A stretch of DNA of 64,000 nt, from NCBI GenBank assembly GCA_046290465.1, contig JBKAGP010000001.1, forward strand, positions 4,192,001-4,256,000, in the 5' to 3' direction. The notes under the pieces are model-generated. The model ran no database searches, was not told the DNA's origin, and saw nothing but the letters and a program-made list of their open reading frames with translations. The stretch comes from Planctomycetota bacterium (GTDB lineage: Bacteria > Planctomycetota > UBA1135 > UBA2386). Both the position numbers and the translations under genes were made by a program. Each line of letters opens with the position of its first letter. Position 1 is the stretch's first letter. Below, in pieces: positions 49,531-59,117 of this stretch.

Positions 49531-50910
49531 TCAGGGGGTGCCGATGGTGAACGCGCGGCCGTCGGTCGCGTCGATCTGGAACGGCAGGGGTGAGGTCGGG
49601 TCCAGCACCACACCCTGCGTATAGAACGTGCTGCCGACCGCGGTGGGCAGGTTCGGCAGGTTCCACGTCACCGAGCCTTGGCCGTTGTTCAGGATCACGG
49701 TCAGCGCGACGTCGAGGCTGACCAGCAGCGAGCAGCTCGGCGCGCCGATCGCGTTGAGGTCGAACGGCAGCGGCGTGCCCGCCCAGTTGCTGTTGGAGCC
49801 GCCGAACACCACCAGGCCGACCACCGCGGCCGGCGCCGCGTCGACGATCGCCTGCTCGAACGGCAGGCCGATGTAGGGCAGGCTGCGTTCTTCGAGCTGG
49901 GCACCGCTGGTGACGATGCAGCCGAGGCCGAACGGCGTCACGGTCGCGGACGCGACCGGCTTGTAGGCCCACGTGTCGGTCAGCAGCGGACCGCCGGTGA
50001 ACGTGCCGCCGCCGGTCACGAACTCGTTGCGCACCGGATCCCACGCGCTCGCGGTCGAGTTGCGCCCGATCGGCTGCGCCGCGGTCGTGCGCACCGTCCA
50101 CGTGCCGTCGAACTCCAGCGTGTCGCTGAGATCGCTGAACACGCCGTTGGTGATGCGCAGGCCGGCGTGCACCAGGATGCGTTGGCGCGTCGGGTCGTAG
50201 CACATCGCCTGGTCGCACATGGTGCCCGGCAGCGACGCGAGCTGCGTCCAGCTGGTGCCGTCCCACTCCCAGACGTCGTCGAGCGTGTTGTTCTGCGGCG
50301 TGCTGAAGCCACCGACCACGACGCAGGTGCCGCGCGAGGCGTCCCACACCATCCGGTGCGCGCCGCGCGGCTGCGGGCTCGCCCCGACGGTGGTGCGCAG
50401 CGTCCAGTTGCTGCCGTCCCACTCCCACACCTCGTCGCTGTCGAGGCCGCTCGGCACGAAGCCACCGAACAGCACGACGACCTGGCGCAGCGGGTCGTAG
50501 GCGGCCGCCGCACCGAAGCGAACGGTCGGCTGCGTCGCCGGCGCCTGCTGCGTCCACGCGGTGCCGTCCCACGTCCAGGTCTCGGGCGTCGGGATCGGCG
50601 TGCCGCCGAACAGCACCGTCTCGCCGCGCGCCTCGTCGAACGCGAGCGCCGGCCGGCCGCGCGGCGTCGGCTTCGGCGTCGGCGACAGGTTGGTCCAGCT
50701 GCTGCCGTTCCACTCGCGCATCGTCGAGACCGGCACGCCGGTGACGTTGCCGCCGTAGGTCACCAGCACGTTGCGCTGGCTGTCCCAGCACGAACCGCTG
50801 AACGGCGGCGGCGCGTTGGCGGACTGGACCTGGGTCCAGTCGACCTGCGAGGTTGCCGATCCGGCAAGAATCAGGACGGAGAGGGCGAGACGTCGAGGGG
50901 TTGTGGTCAT
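49531..50910 (-). CDS. Secreted Kelch-like beta-propeller protein with a C-terminal domain
   Basis: Signal peptide; about six YD...VLFGG...TW.WDG..WT repeats; C-terminal FGLGC...PLPFDL..GAPSCSLLVS. Confidence 0.8.
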   Translation of the reverse strand: MTTTPRRLALSVLILAGSATSQVDWTQVQSANAPPPFSGSCWDSQRNVLVTYGGNVTGVPVSTMREWNGSSWTNLSPTPKPTPRGRPALAFDEARGETVLFGGTPIPTPETWTWDGTAWTQQAPATQPTVRFGAAAAYDPLRQVVVLFGGFVPSGLDSDEVWEWDGSNWTLRTTVGASPQPRGAHRMVWDASRGTCVVVGGFSTPQNNTLDDVWEWDGTSWTQLASLPGTMCDQAMCYDPTRQRILVHAGLRITNGVFSDLSDTLEFDGTWTVRTTAAQPIGRNSTASAWDPVRNEFVTGGGTFTGGPLLTDTWAYKPVASATVTPFGLGCIVTSGAQLEERSLPYIGLPFEQAIVDAAPAAVVGLVVFGGSNSNWAGTPLPFDLNAIGAPSCSLLVSLDVALTVILNNGQGSVTWNLPNLPTAVGSTFYTQGVVLDPTSPLPFQIDATDGRAFTIGTP

Positions 50911-51102
50911 CTGAGCGTGAGCTGCTGGTGCTTGGGCCTTGGCTTGGGACTGCGGCGCCGTTTCCCGGACCCTGTTCTATTGGCTGTCGGGCATTTGGTC
51001 ACCGGGGTGTGACCCTCGGAATCGCGCCGACTACCACGAACCACCGGGGAAAGTCGCCAACGTCCCCTCACCGCCCTCCAAAACCGATAGCATTCCGACC
51101 CC

Positions 51103-52359
51103 ATGGTGCAGTCCACCGGGAGAGTGTGCGCCCTCGTCTTGGCGACCGGCGTCGCGCTGATCTCCGCCCTGCCAGCGCAGAGTCAGCGACAGAAGGCCGG
51201 GACCGATCCGTACACCGGTGGCGACGCCGACGCGATCGCCAGGCTCGGCTACGAGTCGCTCGGCCCGTTCGAACTCGGCACCGGCCACGACACCTTGGCC
51301 GTCGAGAACCTGCTCGGCACCGAGCCGCTGGTGTGGATCGAGACCCGCCACTTCCGGATCGGCTGCGCGCTGTCGCCGCTGCGTCTGCGCGGCCAGCAGG
51401 ACTGGAGCAAGGAGTGGATCAAGAAGGTCAAGGTCGAGCTCGACGAGCTGCGCGAGAAGCTGCCCAAGGGCAAGCTGAAGAAGCGCGTCAAGACGCTCGA
51501 CCCGTGGCTGCGCGCGCACCTGATGGCGCAGCGCCTCGAGAAGCTCTACGCCGAGGTCCGCGACGTGCTCGATCGCGACGACGAGTGGTTCGCCAACGGC
51601 GAGCGCGACCCGCGCAAGGCCGAGGAGTTCGCCGGGCTCGGCCCGTACCTCGGCATGAAGGAGAAGTACACGGTCCTGATGCTGCAGAAGGGCGGCAGCC
51701 TCGCCCGCTACACGCGCCAATACCGCGGCCGTGAGATGGAGCAGCCGATCCGGCACCACGACCAGGCGTTCGGCAGCATGTACTGGGGCTGCAGCCTCGA
51801 GTCGGCCAACAACCTGTTCCAGGGCGACTACGCGCTGCACGCGAGCCTCGCGTTCAACGTCGCGCACAACCTCTACACCGGCTACCGCTGCTTCGGCCAC
51901 GACCTGCCGCCGTGGCTGGTGACCGGCCTCGCGCACTGGCACGCCCGCAACGTCTCGCCGCGCTTCCCGGTCTACGACCGCAAGGACGACGGCGACAAGC
52001 GCGACCGCAGCCCGTTCTGGGACTGGGACGCGCGCGTCAAGGGTCTGATCAAGCACGACGTGTTCGAACCGCTCGGCGACCTGGTCGCGCACGACTCGGC
52101 CGGCTCGTTCGGCATCGAGCAGCACATGCAGGCCTGGGCCGTCGTCGACTACCTGATGGCGAGCAAGCCGAAGCAGTTGGCGAAGTTCGTGCACGATCTC
52201 AAGAGCCCGTTCCACGGTCGCGTGCGTATGCCGACCAAGGAAGAGCTGCAGCAACGGCAGCAGCAGGCGTTCGCCGCCGCGTTCGGCAGCGAGGTCCAGG
52301 CCGTCGACGCCGCCTGGCGCAAGGACGCCAGCAGCAAGAAGAAGAAACGCCGCCGGTAG
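51103..52359 (+). CDS. Secreted protein, degenerate zincin/DUF1570-like
   Basis: Signal peptide; FNVAH...PPWLVTGLAHW; QAWAVVDYL. Confidence 0.6.
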   Translation: MVQSTGRVCALVLATGVALISALPAQSQRQKAGTDPYTGGDADAIARLGYESLGPFELGTGHDTLAVENLLGTEPLVWIETRHFRIGCALSPLRLRGQQDWSKEWIKKVKVELDELREKLPKGKLKKRVKTLDPWLRAHLMAQRLEKLYAEVRDVLDRDDEWFANGERDPRKAEEFAGLGPYLGMKEKYTVLMLQKGGSLARYTRQYRGREMEQPIRHHDQAFGSMYWGCSLESANNLFQGDYALHASLAFNVAHNLYTGYRCFGHDLPPWLVTGLAHWHARNVSPRFPVYDRKDDGDKRDRSPFWDWDARVKGLIKHDVFEPLGDLVAHDSAGSFGIEQHMQAWAVVDYLMASKPKQLAKFVHDLKSPFHGRVRMPTKEELQQRQQQAFAAAFGSEVQAVDAAWRKDASSKKKKRRR

Positions 52360-52425
52360 GTGGCACCCAGCCCGTCTCTCGAACCATCACCCACCCAAGC
52401 CTCGACCGAAGGCAAGGAGCCGAAG

Positions 52426-53475
52426 ATGAACTCGTCCGCAATCACTGTTCGCGCCGCATTCGCCGGCCTGACCCTGACCGCCGCGCTGGCGGCGCAGTGC
52501 CCGTCCTACCAGCCGTTCGTGCCGGCACCGTCCGGCCAGGGCGGTGTCAGCGGTCCCGCTGGCCCGGTCGCCCCCAACCCGACGTCGCCGCGTCCGAGCC
52601 AGCCGTCGACGCCGGCCGCGCCCGCGCCGGCCACGCCGCGCCCGACCGGTGGTCCGACCACCGGTGGCCCGGCCCGTCCGAGCACCCCGCGCGGTCCGGT
52701 CGGCGGGGCCGCTCCCGGCCGCACGGCGCCGCGTGGCTTCCCGATCTCGTTCGAGCGTGGCGCCACGTCGAAGGACCGTCTGAAGGTCGACTGGCTGCAC
52801 CCGGTGCCGCCGAAGGCCGAAGCAGGCGAAGGCACCCGCGCCGCCGGCCCGCTGCCGCTCAACGCGGCGCTGAAGATCCTGTGGGAGAACGACGACGGTC
52901 GGCCGCTGCTGGTGCTGCGCGAGTGCACCAAGTGCGAAGGCACGGACGCCGCGCTGCTCAGCCGTTCGCTCAAGAACGACAAGACCATGCTGCTGACCAA
53001 GTGGTTCCGCACCGTGCGTCTGCCGGCGCACATCACCGAGTACGGCCACCCGTTCCACATGGTGTTCCGCGGCTACCGCACGTTCGACAAGGGCTGGCCG
53101 CACTTCTTCCTGCTCGCGGACAAGGACAGCCGGCCGGTCGTGTTCGACGGCAAGCAGACCCAGTCCAAGCTCTGGAAGGGGATGTACGACGTGCTCGAGG
53201 AGCGCTACGCCAAGAACCCGGAGAAGGCCGTCAAGAAGTGGCTGTCGCTGCTCGACCGCTACGACGCGCTCGACGCGCGCCGCGTGCAGCTGCGCGAGGA
53301 GCTGCTGAAGGTCCGCGCCGAGAAGGGCCCCGACTCGTCGAAGGCGAAGAAGCTCGCCAAGAAGCTCGCCGAGATCGAGAAGGACAAGGAGAAGGTCGCC
53401 GCCGCCGAGAAGAAGGTGCGTGACCTCGGCCTGATGAAGCAGGCCGCCGACAAGAAGAAGGTCGCCGCCAAGTAG
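52426..53475 (+). CDS. Secreted Pro-rich protein with a CxxC (thioredoxin-like) core and Lys-rich coiled coil
   Basis: AAGGAG RBS; signal peptide; RPLLVLRECTKC; WPHFFLL. Confidence 0.65.
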   Translation: MNSSAITVRAAFAGLTLTAALAAQCPSYQPFVPAPSGQGGVSGPAGPVAPNPTSPRPSQPSTPAAPAPATPRPTGGPTTGGPARPSTPRGPVGGAAPGRTAPRGFPISFERGATSKDRLKVDWLHPVPPKAEAGEGTRAAGPLPLNAALKILWENDDGRPLLVLRECTKCEGTDAALLSRSLKNDKTMLLTKWFRTVRLPAHITEYGHPFHMVFRGYRTFDKGWPHFFLLADKDSRPVVFDGKQTQSKLWKGMYDVLEERYAKNPEKAVKKWLSLLDRYDALDARRVQLREELLKVRAEKGPDSSKAKKLAKKLAEIEKDKEKVAAAEKKVRDLGLMKQAADKKKVAAK

Positions 53476-53499
53476 CGCGCGACCGCGGCGGAGCGGCGG

Positions 53500-54291
53500 T
53501 CAGTCGATCGCCGGCTTCGTCGCGAGCTCGAGGGCCTGCCGCAGGTCCTCGGCCGTGGCGCTCGCGAACGGCCCCTCGTCGACGTAGCAGTAGCGCCCCC
53601 ACATCTCGGCCGCGCCCATCGCGGTCGCGAAGTGCGGCGCCGGCGTCTGCTTGCCGCGCGGCACGATCCACGCGGCGTCCTGCGTCAGCACCACGTTCCA
53701 CGTCGGCGTCAGCCGCGCGTCGGCCAGCCGCAGCAGCGCCTCGGCGCGGCCGTCGACGGGGCCGCGCACCCCGACGATGCAGAACGGCAGGTCCTTCGCA
53801 CACAGCTGGCAGCCGTCGGGCACGTCGATGACGTCGCTGCGCAGCGGCCGTTCGGGCAGTGCGTCGACGAACGGCAGGCGCTCGTCGATCAGGTGGGCGT
53901 GCGCGCGGGCGATCGTCGCCGCGGCGCCGATGTTGTTGAGCAGCACGGTGCCGTCGCTGCGCGCGACCCAGTCCAGCGCCGCCCGCCAGAAGGTCCGGTC
54001 CGGGTCGCGCGCCGGCCGCGCCATCCACAAGATGCGCTGGTTCCTGGCGAACGGGAACTTGTTGGGCGTCAGCGCCAGCGTGTCGCTGCGCCAGTAGGCC
54101 TCCTCGCCGATGATCCGTCCGGCGGGGCTGCGCTGGAACGCCGGCCGGCCCTCGCGATCGTGGCCGGTGCGGTTGCGACGGCCCGGTACCAGCGCCAGGT
54201 GCACGGTGGTGCCGAACAGCGCCAGCGTGCGTTCGGCGGACGGCACGAACGGCACCAGGCTGTCGGGCAGTTCGAGAGGCAGCTGGACCAT
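53500..54291 (-). CDS. HIT-like nucleotide phosphorylase/transferase family protein
   Basis: LTPNKFPF and LLNNIGAAATIARAHAHL motifs. Confidence 0.5.
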   Translation of the reverse strand: MVQLPLELPDSLVPFVPSAERTLALFGTTVHLALVPGRRNRTGHDREGRPAFQRSPAGRIIGEEAYWRSDTLALTPNKFPFARNQRILWMARPARDPDRTFWRAALDWVARSDGTVLLNNIGAAATIARAHAHLIDERLPFVDALPERPLRSDVIDVPDGCQLCAKDLPFCIVGVRGPVDGRAEALLRLADARLTPTWNVVLTQDAAWIVPRGKQTPAPHFATAMGAAEMWGRYCYVDEGPFASATAEDLRQALELATKPAID

Positions 54292-54432
54292 GGGGTTGCG
54301 GATGTACCGCCGCGGGCCGCCCCGCTCAACCTCGGCGACGCCGACGGATTTGCTCCCGCTGCGCCGCGCCGCTACCTTCGTCGTCCTCGCACGCCCTTGT
54401 GGCCCCATTTCCGACTCTCCACGGTTCGAACC

Positions 54433-55365
54433 TTGCGCATCGTTTTCTTCGGTACCGGTGACTTCGCGATCCCCTCGCTGAAGGCCCTCAAGGAAGGCGG
54501 CTTCGCCCCCGAGCTCGTCGTCACCAAGCCCGACGCGCCTCGCGGTCGCGGCCGCAAGATCTACGACGCCGAAGTGAAGCTCGCGGCCAACGACCTCGAG
54601 CTGCCCTGCGCGCAGCCGGTCGACCCGCACTCGCCCGAGTTCGTCGAGCAGATCCAGCGCATCAAGCCGGACATCGGCGTGGTGATCAGCTACGGCGTGA
54701 TCCTCAAGCCCGAGCTGCTCGGCATCCCCGAGCACGGCATGATCAACGCGCACGCGTCGCTGCTGCCGCTCTACCGCGGCGCCGCGCCGATCCAGCGCTG
54801 CATCCGCGACGGCCACAAGGAGACCGGCATCACGGTGATGAAGATCACCGACCAGCTCGACGCCGGCGACGTCATGCTGGTCGAGAAGACCGAGATCGGG
54901 GACACCGAGAACGCCGGCCAGCTGCGCGCGCGGCTCGCCGAGCTGTCCGGCAAGGCGCTGGTCGACGCGCTCACCCAGGTGAAGGACGGCAAGGCGACGT
55001 TCACGCCGCAGGACCACGGCAAGGCCACCTACGCGCCCAAGGTCGAGAAGGAGCACGGCGTCATCGACTGGACCTTGCCGGCGGTCGAGGTCGACCTGCT
55101 GGTGCGCGCGATGACGCCCAAGCCGGGCGCGCAGACGCGGCTCGGCAACAAGCGCTTCATCGTCATGGAGGGCACCGTCGAGCAGGACCTCTACGGCATG
55201 GGCATCCCCGGCGGCCTGCAGTCGTCCGGCGAGGAAGGCATCCGCGTCTGCACCGGCAAGGACCTGTTCCGCATCACCCGCATCAAGCCGGACAACGGCC
55301 GCAACATGACGGCCGGCGAGTTCGTTCGCGGCCACCACATCGCGCCCGACGCGCGGTTCGGCTAA
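54433..55365 (+). CDS. fmt: Methionyl-tRNA formyltransferase
   Basis: RIVFFGTGDFA, VVTKPD..RGRG, INAHASLLP.YRGAAPI, LDAGD, TYAPK; TTG start inferred. Confidence 0.95.
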   Translation: MRIVFFGTGDFAIPSLKALKEGGFAPELVVTKPDAPRGRGRKIYDAEVKLAANDLELPCAQPVDPHSPEFVEQIQRIKPDIGVVISYGVILKPELLGIPEHGMINAHASLLPLYRGAAPIQRCIRDGHKETGITVMKITDQLDAGDVMLVEKTEIGDTENAGQLRARLAELSGKALVDALTQVKDGKATFTPQDHGKATYAPKVEKEHGVIDWTLPAVEVDLLVRAMTPKPGAQTRLGNKRFIVMEGTVEQDLYGMGIPGGLQSSGEEGIRVCTGKDLFRITRIKPDNGRNMTAGEFVRGHHIAPDARFG

Positions 55366-55368
55366 CGC

Positions 55369-56676
55369 TTGGTCAGCGCGCGGGGACTGGCGCTGCACGC
55401 GCTGGTGGCGTTGCACAAGGGCCGGCGCGACCGGCTGCGCTCCGAGCTCGAGGGGCGCGGTCTCGAAGGCCGCGACCTCGCGTTCGCGTTCGAGCTGGCG
55501 CACGGCGTGGTGCGCCGCGAACGGCTGCTCGACCACGTGCTGCAGGGCTTCGCCCATCGCGGCCTGCCCAAGGACCCGCCGCTGCGGATCGCGCTGCGCC
55601 TGGGCGTCTACCAGCTGCTGTTCGTGCCGGGCATGCCGTCGCACGCCGCGGTGCACGAGACCGTCGAGCTGGTGCGGCAGAACAAGGGCTTTGCCAACGC
55701 GATGCTGCGGCACGTCGCCGGCGCCGTGCGCGACGTCGCGGCCGACCCGTCGCGACCGCGCCGCGAGCTGGCGCTGGCGCCCGAGCGTTCGTTCGAGCTG
55801 CCGCGCATGCTGCCCAAGGACGAGGTCGAACGGCTGGCCGTGGTGCACTCGCTGCCCGATTGGCTGGCGCTGCGCTTCGGGGAGCAGCACGGCCTCGACG
55901 GGCTGCGCCGGATCGCCGCGGCGGCGAGCGCGACGCCGGGCATCTACCTGCGCGCGGGCGTCGACGTGTCGCTCGAGACGCTGCGCGCCGAGCTCGAGGC
56001 CCACGAGGTCGAGGTCGAGCCGACCGGCCACGCGCGGTTGCTGCGCTGGTCCGGCGGTGCGTCGCCGTTCGGCACGCCGCCGTTCCGGGTGGGCCGCTTC
56101 GTCGTGCAGGACCCGACCGCCGTGGCCGCGGCGGCCGCCGTGCCGTGCCGCGCCGGCGACACGGTCATCGACCTGTGCGCGGCGCCGGGGACCAAGACGA
56201 CGTTCCTGGCCGAGCGGGTCGGTCCCGGCGGCAAGGTGCTGGCCTACGATCCCGACCAGAAGCGGCGCGCGCGGATCACCGACAACGTCGAACGGCTGCG
56301 GCTCGAGCAGGTGGTCGAGGTGGTCGCGGATGCCGGTCCGCTGCAGCCGGCCGACTGCGTGCTCGCCGACGTGCCGTGCTCCAACAGCGGCGTGCTCGGC
56401 CGCCGCGTCGAGGTGCGCGGCCGGCTGACGCCCGAGACGTTCGACGAGCTGCCGCGGCTGCAGCGCGAGATCCTCGAGCATGCGATCGGCCTGACCCGGC
56501 CCGGCGGCCACGTCGTCTACTCCACCTGCTCGATCGACCGCGAAGAGAACGAGGCGGTCGTTACCGCGGCGCAGCAGGATCACGACGGCCTCGAGCTGGT
56601 CGACAGCCAGCTGACCCTGCCGCAGGCGGGGGCCCACGACGGCGGCTACTTCGCCGTGCTGCGCCGGGCCCGGTGA
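55369..56676 (+). CDS. rsmB: 16S rRNA m5C967 methyltransferase (Sun) with NusB-like N-terminus
   Basis: LRLGVYQL, VQD, DLCAAPGTKT, DVPCSNSG, VYSTCS..EEN; follows fmt. Confidence 0.88.
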   Translation: MVSARGLALHALVALHKGRRDRLRSELEGRGLEGRDLAFAFELAHGVVRRERLLDHVLQGFAHRGLPKDPPLRIALRLGVYQLLFVPGMPSHAAVHETVELVRQNKGFANAMLRHVAGAVRDVAADPSRPRRELALAPERSFELPRMLPKDEVERLAVVHSLPDWLALRFGEQHGLDGLRRIAAAASATPGIYLRAGVDVSLETLRAELEAHEVEVEPTGHARLLRWSGGASPFGTPPFRVGRFVVQDPTAVAAAAAVPCRAGDTVIDLCAAPGTKTTFLAERVGPGGKVLAYDPDQKRRARITDNVERLRLEQVVEVVADAGPLQPADCVLADVPCSNSGVLGRRVEVRGRLTPETFDELPRLQREILEHAIGLTRPGGHVVYSTCSIDREENEAVVTAAQQDHDGLELVDSQLTLPQAGAHDGGYFAVLRRAR

Positions 56677-56736
56677 GCGGCGGCCGCCGCCACGGGGTGG
56701 GGAGATGCGGTCCGATCGGATAGAACGGTCGCCCCC

Positions 56737-57321
56737 ATGGCTTCGCGAACCCCCTCTCGCCGTAGCTCCGGCTCGTCCCGCCGGCGCGCGTCCTCTTCCT
56801 CCAGCAACAACCAGATGCCGCTGATCCTCGGCGGCGTCGGCGCCCTCGTCCTGGTCGTGGTGCTCGTCATGCTCAACAGCAAGTCGGGCGACGACGACAA
56901 GGACACCGGCGACGGCCAGACCCAGCAGCAGCCCGCCAAGCAGCCGGCCAGGCTGGTCGGCCCGAAGACCGAGCTCAAGATGGGTTCGGCCAAGGCCGGC
57001 AAGACGCCGGACCGCCCGGCGCCGACGCTGACGCAGGAGATGCTGCAGAAGGCGGCCGGGGTGATCCAGGAGGCCAAGGTGCTCAACAACGAGGGCGTCC
57101 GCCTGCGCAGCGCCGGCGACAACCAGGGTTCGCGCGCCAAGAACTCCGAGGCCAAGAGCAAGCTCGACCAGGTCAAGGAGATGCTCGACGCGCCACTGAC
57201 CTGGCAGGAGGAGGCCGACCTCGAAGGCTGGTCGATGCCCGCCGAGTACTCCGCGCTCGGCAACCTCTACGGCGAGCTGTCCAAGCTCGAGAAGCGCATC
57301 CGCATGGGCGGCGGCAAGTAG
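56737..57321 (+). CDS. Hypothetical single-TM protein
   Basis: Ser/Arg-rich N-terminus, TM LILGGVGALVLVVVLV, helical C-terminus; host-like codon usage. Confidence 0.7.
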   Translation: MASRTPSRRSSGSSRRRASSSSSNNQMPLILGGVGALVLVVVLVMLNSKSGDDDKDTGDGQTQQQPAKQPARLVGPKTELKMGSAKAGKTPDRPAPTLTQEMLQKAAGVIQEAKVLNNEGVRLRSAGDNQGSRAKNSEAKSKLDQVKEMLDAPLTWQEEADLEGWSMPAEYSALGNLYGELSKLEKRIRMGGGK

Positions 57322-57338
57322 GCCGCCCCGGTCGCCCG

Positions 57339-58172
57339 ATGCTGCTCGGCTACCACACCAACGGCCTGCAGAACCACCGGCTCGACGACGCGTTCGAGCT
57401 GCTCGCGCGGCACGGCTACGGTGCGGTCGCGATCACGCCGGACACCTGCCACCTCGATCCCGACGTTACCGACGACGCCGAACTGGATCGGGTGCGCGCC
57501 CGGCTCGACGAGCTGTCGCTGCAGCCCGTGCTCGAGACCGGCGCCCGCTTCCTGCTCGATCCGGCGACCAAGCACGAGCCGACGCTGATGACGCGCGACC
57601 CGGCCGGGCGCGCGCGGCGGGTGGCGTTCTACCGGCGGGTGGCCGCGATGGGGCGACGGCTCGGCGCCGAGGTGGTGTCGTTCTGGGCCGGGATCGACCG
57701 GTCGCCCGGAGCCGACAGCGCCGACTGGCTGCGCAGCGGTGTCGCGGCCGCGTGCGAGGCGATCCGCGCCGAGGGCATGCGACCTTCGTTCGAGCCGGAG
57801 CCCGGCATGGCGGTCGAGACGTTCGCCGACTACCTGCAGCTGCGGCGGGACCTAGGCGACCAGGCCCCCGAGCTGACGCTCGACATCGGGCATCTGTACG
57901 CGGTGTGGGAGGGCGAGCCGGACAAAGTGATCGCCGAGGCTGCACCGTTTCTGGCCCAGGTTCACCTGGAGGATCATCGGCGCGGCGTACACGAGCACCT
58001 GCTGCCGGGGGACGGGGAAGTGGACTTCGAGAACGTGCTAAGCGCATTGAGAAAATGTGCTTACATCGGTCCGGTCTGCTTTGAGCTGTCCCGCCAGAGC
58101 CACTGCGCCCCATCCGCTGTCACCGTATGTCGGGAGCTCTGGGACCGGCACGTCGGGCCATCGCGTCGTTGA
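57339..58172 (+). CDS. Sugar phosphate isomerase/epimerase (xylose isomerase-like TIM barrel)
   Basis: FEPEPG, LDIGH, VHLED, HEHL.PGDGEVDF, FEL. Confidence 0.82.
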   Translation: MLLGYHTNGLQNHRLDDAFELLARHGYGAVAITPDTCHLDPDVTDDAELDRVRARLDELSLQPVLETGARFLLDPATKHEPTLMTRDPAGRARRVAFYRRVAAMGRRLGAEVVSFWAGIDRSPGADSADWLRSGVAAACEAIRAEGMRPSFEPEPGMAVETFADYLQLRRDLGDQAPELTLDIGHLYAVWEGEPDKVIAEAAPFLAQVHLEDHRRGVHEHLLPGDGEVDFENVLSALRKCAYIGPVCFELSRQSHCAPSAVTVCRELWDRHVGPSRR

Positions 58173-58246
58173 CGAGCGTGCGGCCCGGTCTAGTCTACCG
58201 GCTTCGCCGCAGTCCCAGCTGCGGCCATCCGTCCCACACCCAACGC

Positions 58247-58513
58247 ATGAGACTCTGCCCCTCCGTCGATGGCTCTGCTTCGCCGCTGATCACGCACCGG
58301 ATCGGAACCGACGTGTGTCTCTCCCGCCAGGCCGGGAACTTCCACAAGTGCCACCGCTGCATCTACCGCGGCCAGGCCGCCGACTGGCAGCCCGCCGACG
58401 AGGTGTCGTTCGGTGGCAACCAGGCCGAGGACCCGAGCCCGCGCGACGTGAAGAAGGTCGTCATCCCGCGACCGGAGCCGCAGGAAGACAAGCGCGTCGC
58501 CGCGAACGGCTGA
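58247..58513 (+). CDS. Small Cys/His-rich hypothetical protein
   Basis: MRLCP...VC...FHKCHRC; host-like codon usage. Confidence 0.55.
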   Translation: MRLCPSVDGSASPLITHRIGTDVCLSRQAGNFHKCHRCIYRGQAADWQPADEVSFGGNQAEDPSPRDVKKVVIPRPEPQEDKRVAANG

Positions 58514-58524
58514 GTCCGCGGCCC

Positions 58525-58592
58525 CCGGTCCTGCTACCCCCTGGTCCGGGTAGCTAGTCCTGGTACCTAGTTCTGGTACCTAGTCCTGGTAC
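58525..58592 (-). repeat. 13-bp tandem repeat x3 plus two decayed copies across the Hpt gene stop codon
   Basis: + strand ctagtcctggtac 58580, ctagttctggtac 58567, ctagtcctggtac 58554, ctggtccgggtag 58541, ccggtcctgctac 58525. Confidence 0.9.
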
Positions 58593-58942
58593 TGGGCCAG
58601 GACCCTCCTGAGCGCTTCTTCGGCGGCCGCGTAGTGCTCGGCCAGCTGCGGCGCCAGCTGCTTCGACTCGTCCATCTGCTGGTTGCGGGTCGAGATCTGC
58701 AGCTTCTCGCAGACGTCCTGCACGAGGTGGGCTCCCAGGTTGCCGCTCGAGCCTTTCAGCGAGTGCGCCGCGCGCTCCGCCTTCTCGAAGTCGCCGTTGT
58801 CCAGGCCTTCCTGCACCGCGGCGACCTTCGACGGGCTGTCGTCGAGGAACATCTGGATCAGGTCCAGCAGCAGCTCCGGGTCGCCGTCGTCGGCGAACGA
58901 GAGCAGTTCGTCCAATACTGTCTGATCCAGAACGTCGTGCAT
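58580..58942 (-). CDS. Stand-alone Hpt phosphotransfer protein
   Basis: AAHSLKGSSGNLGA motif; purine-rich RBS before ATG 58942. Confidence 0.88.
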   Translation of the reverse strand: MHDVLDQTVLDELLSFADDGDPELLLDLIQMFLDDSPSKVAAVQEGLDNGDFEKAERAAHSLKGSSGNLGAHLVQDVCEKLQISTRNQQMDESKQLAPQLAEHYAAAEEALRRVLAQYQD

Positions 58943-59117
58943 GGGTCCCCTCTCCCTCCAGGATCGACCCATCCGCGCCCGAACTTGATCCCGCAACAAG
59001 ACTCCTCCCCCGCCAAAGTAGCCGTACGGTACGCGGTTCATCCTCCAACTTTCGCCGCGCGTCGCGCGGCGAGTTGAGCGATGACCAGTCCGAGCCGCCT
59101 TCGCTGGTAGTGGGGGG

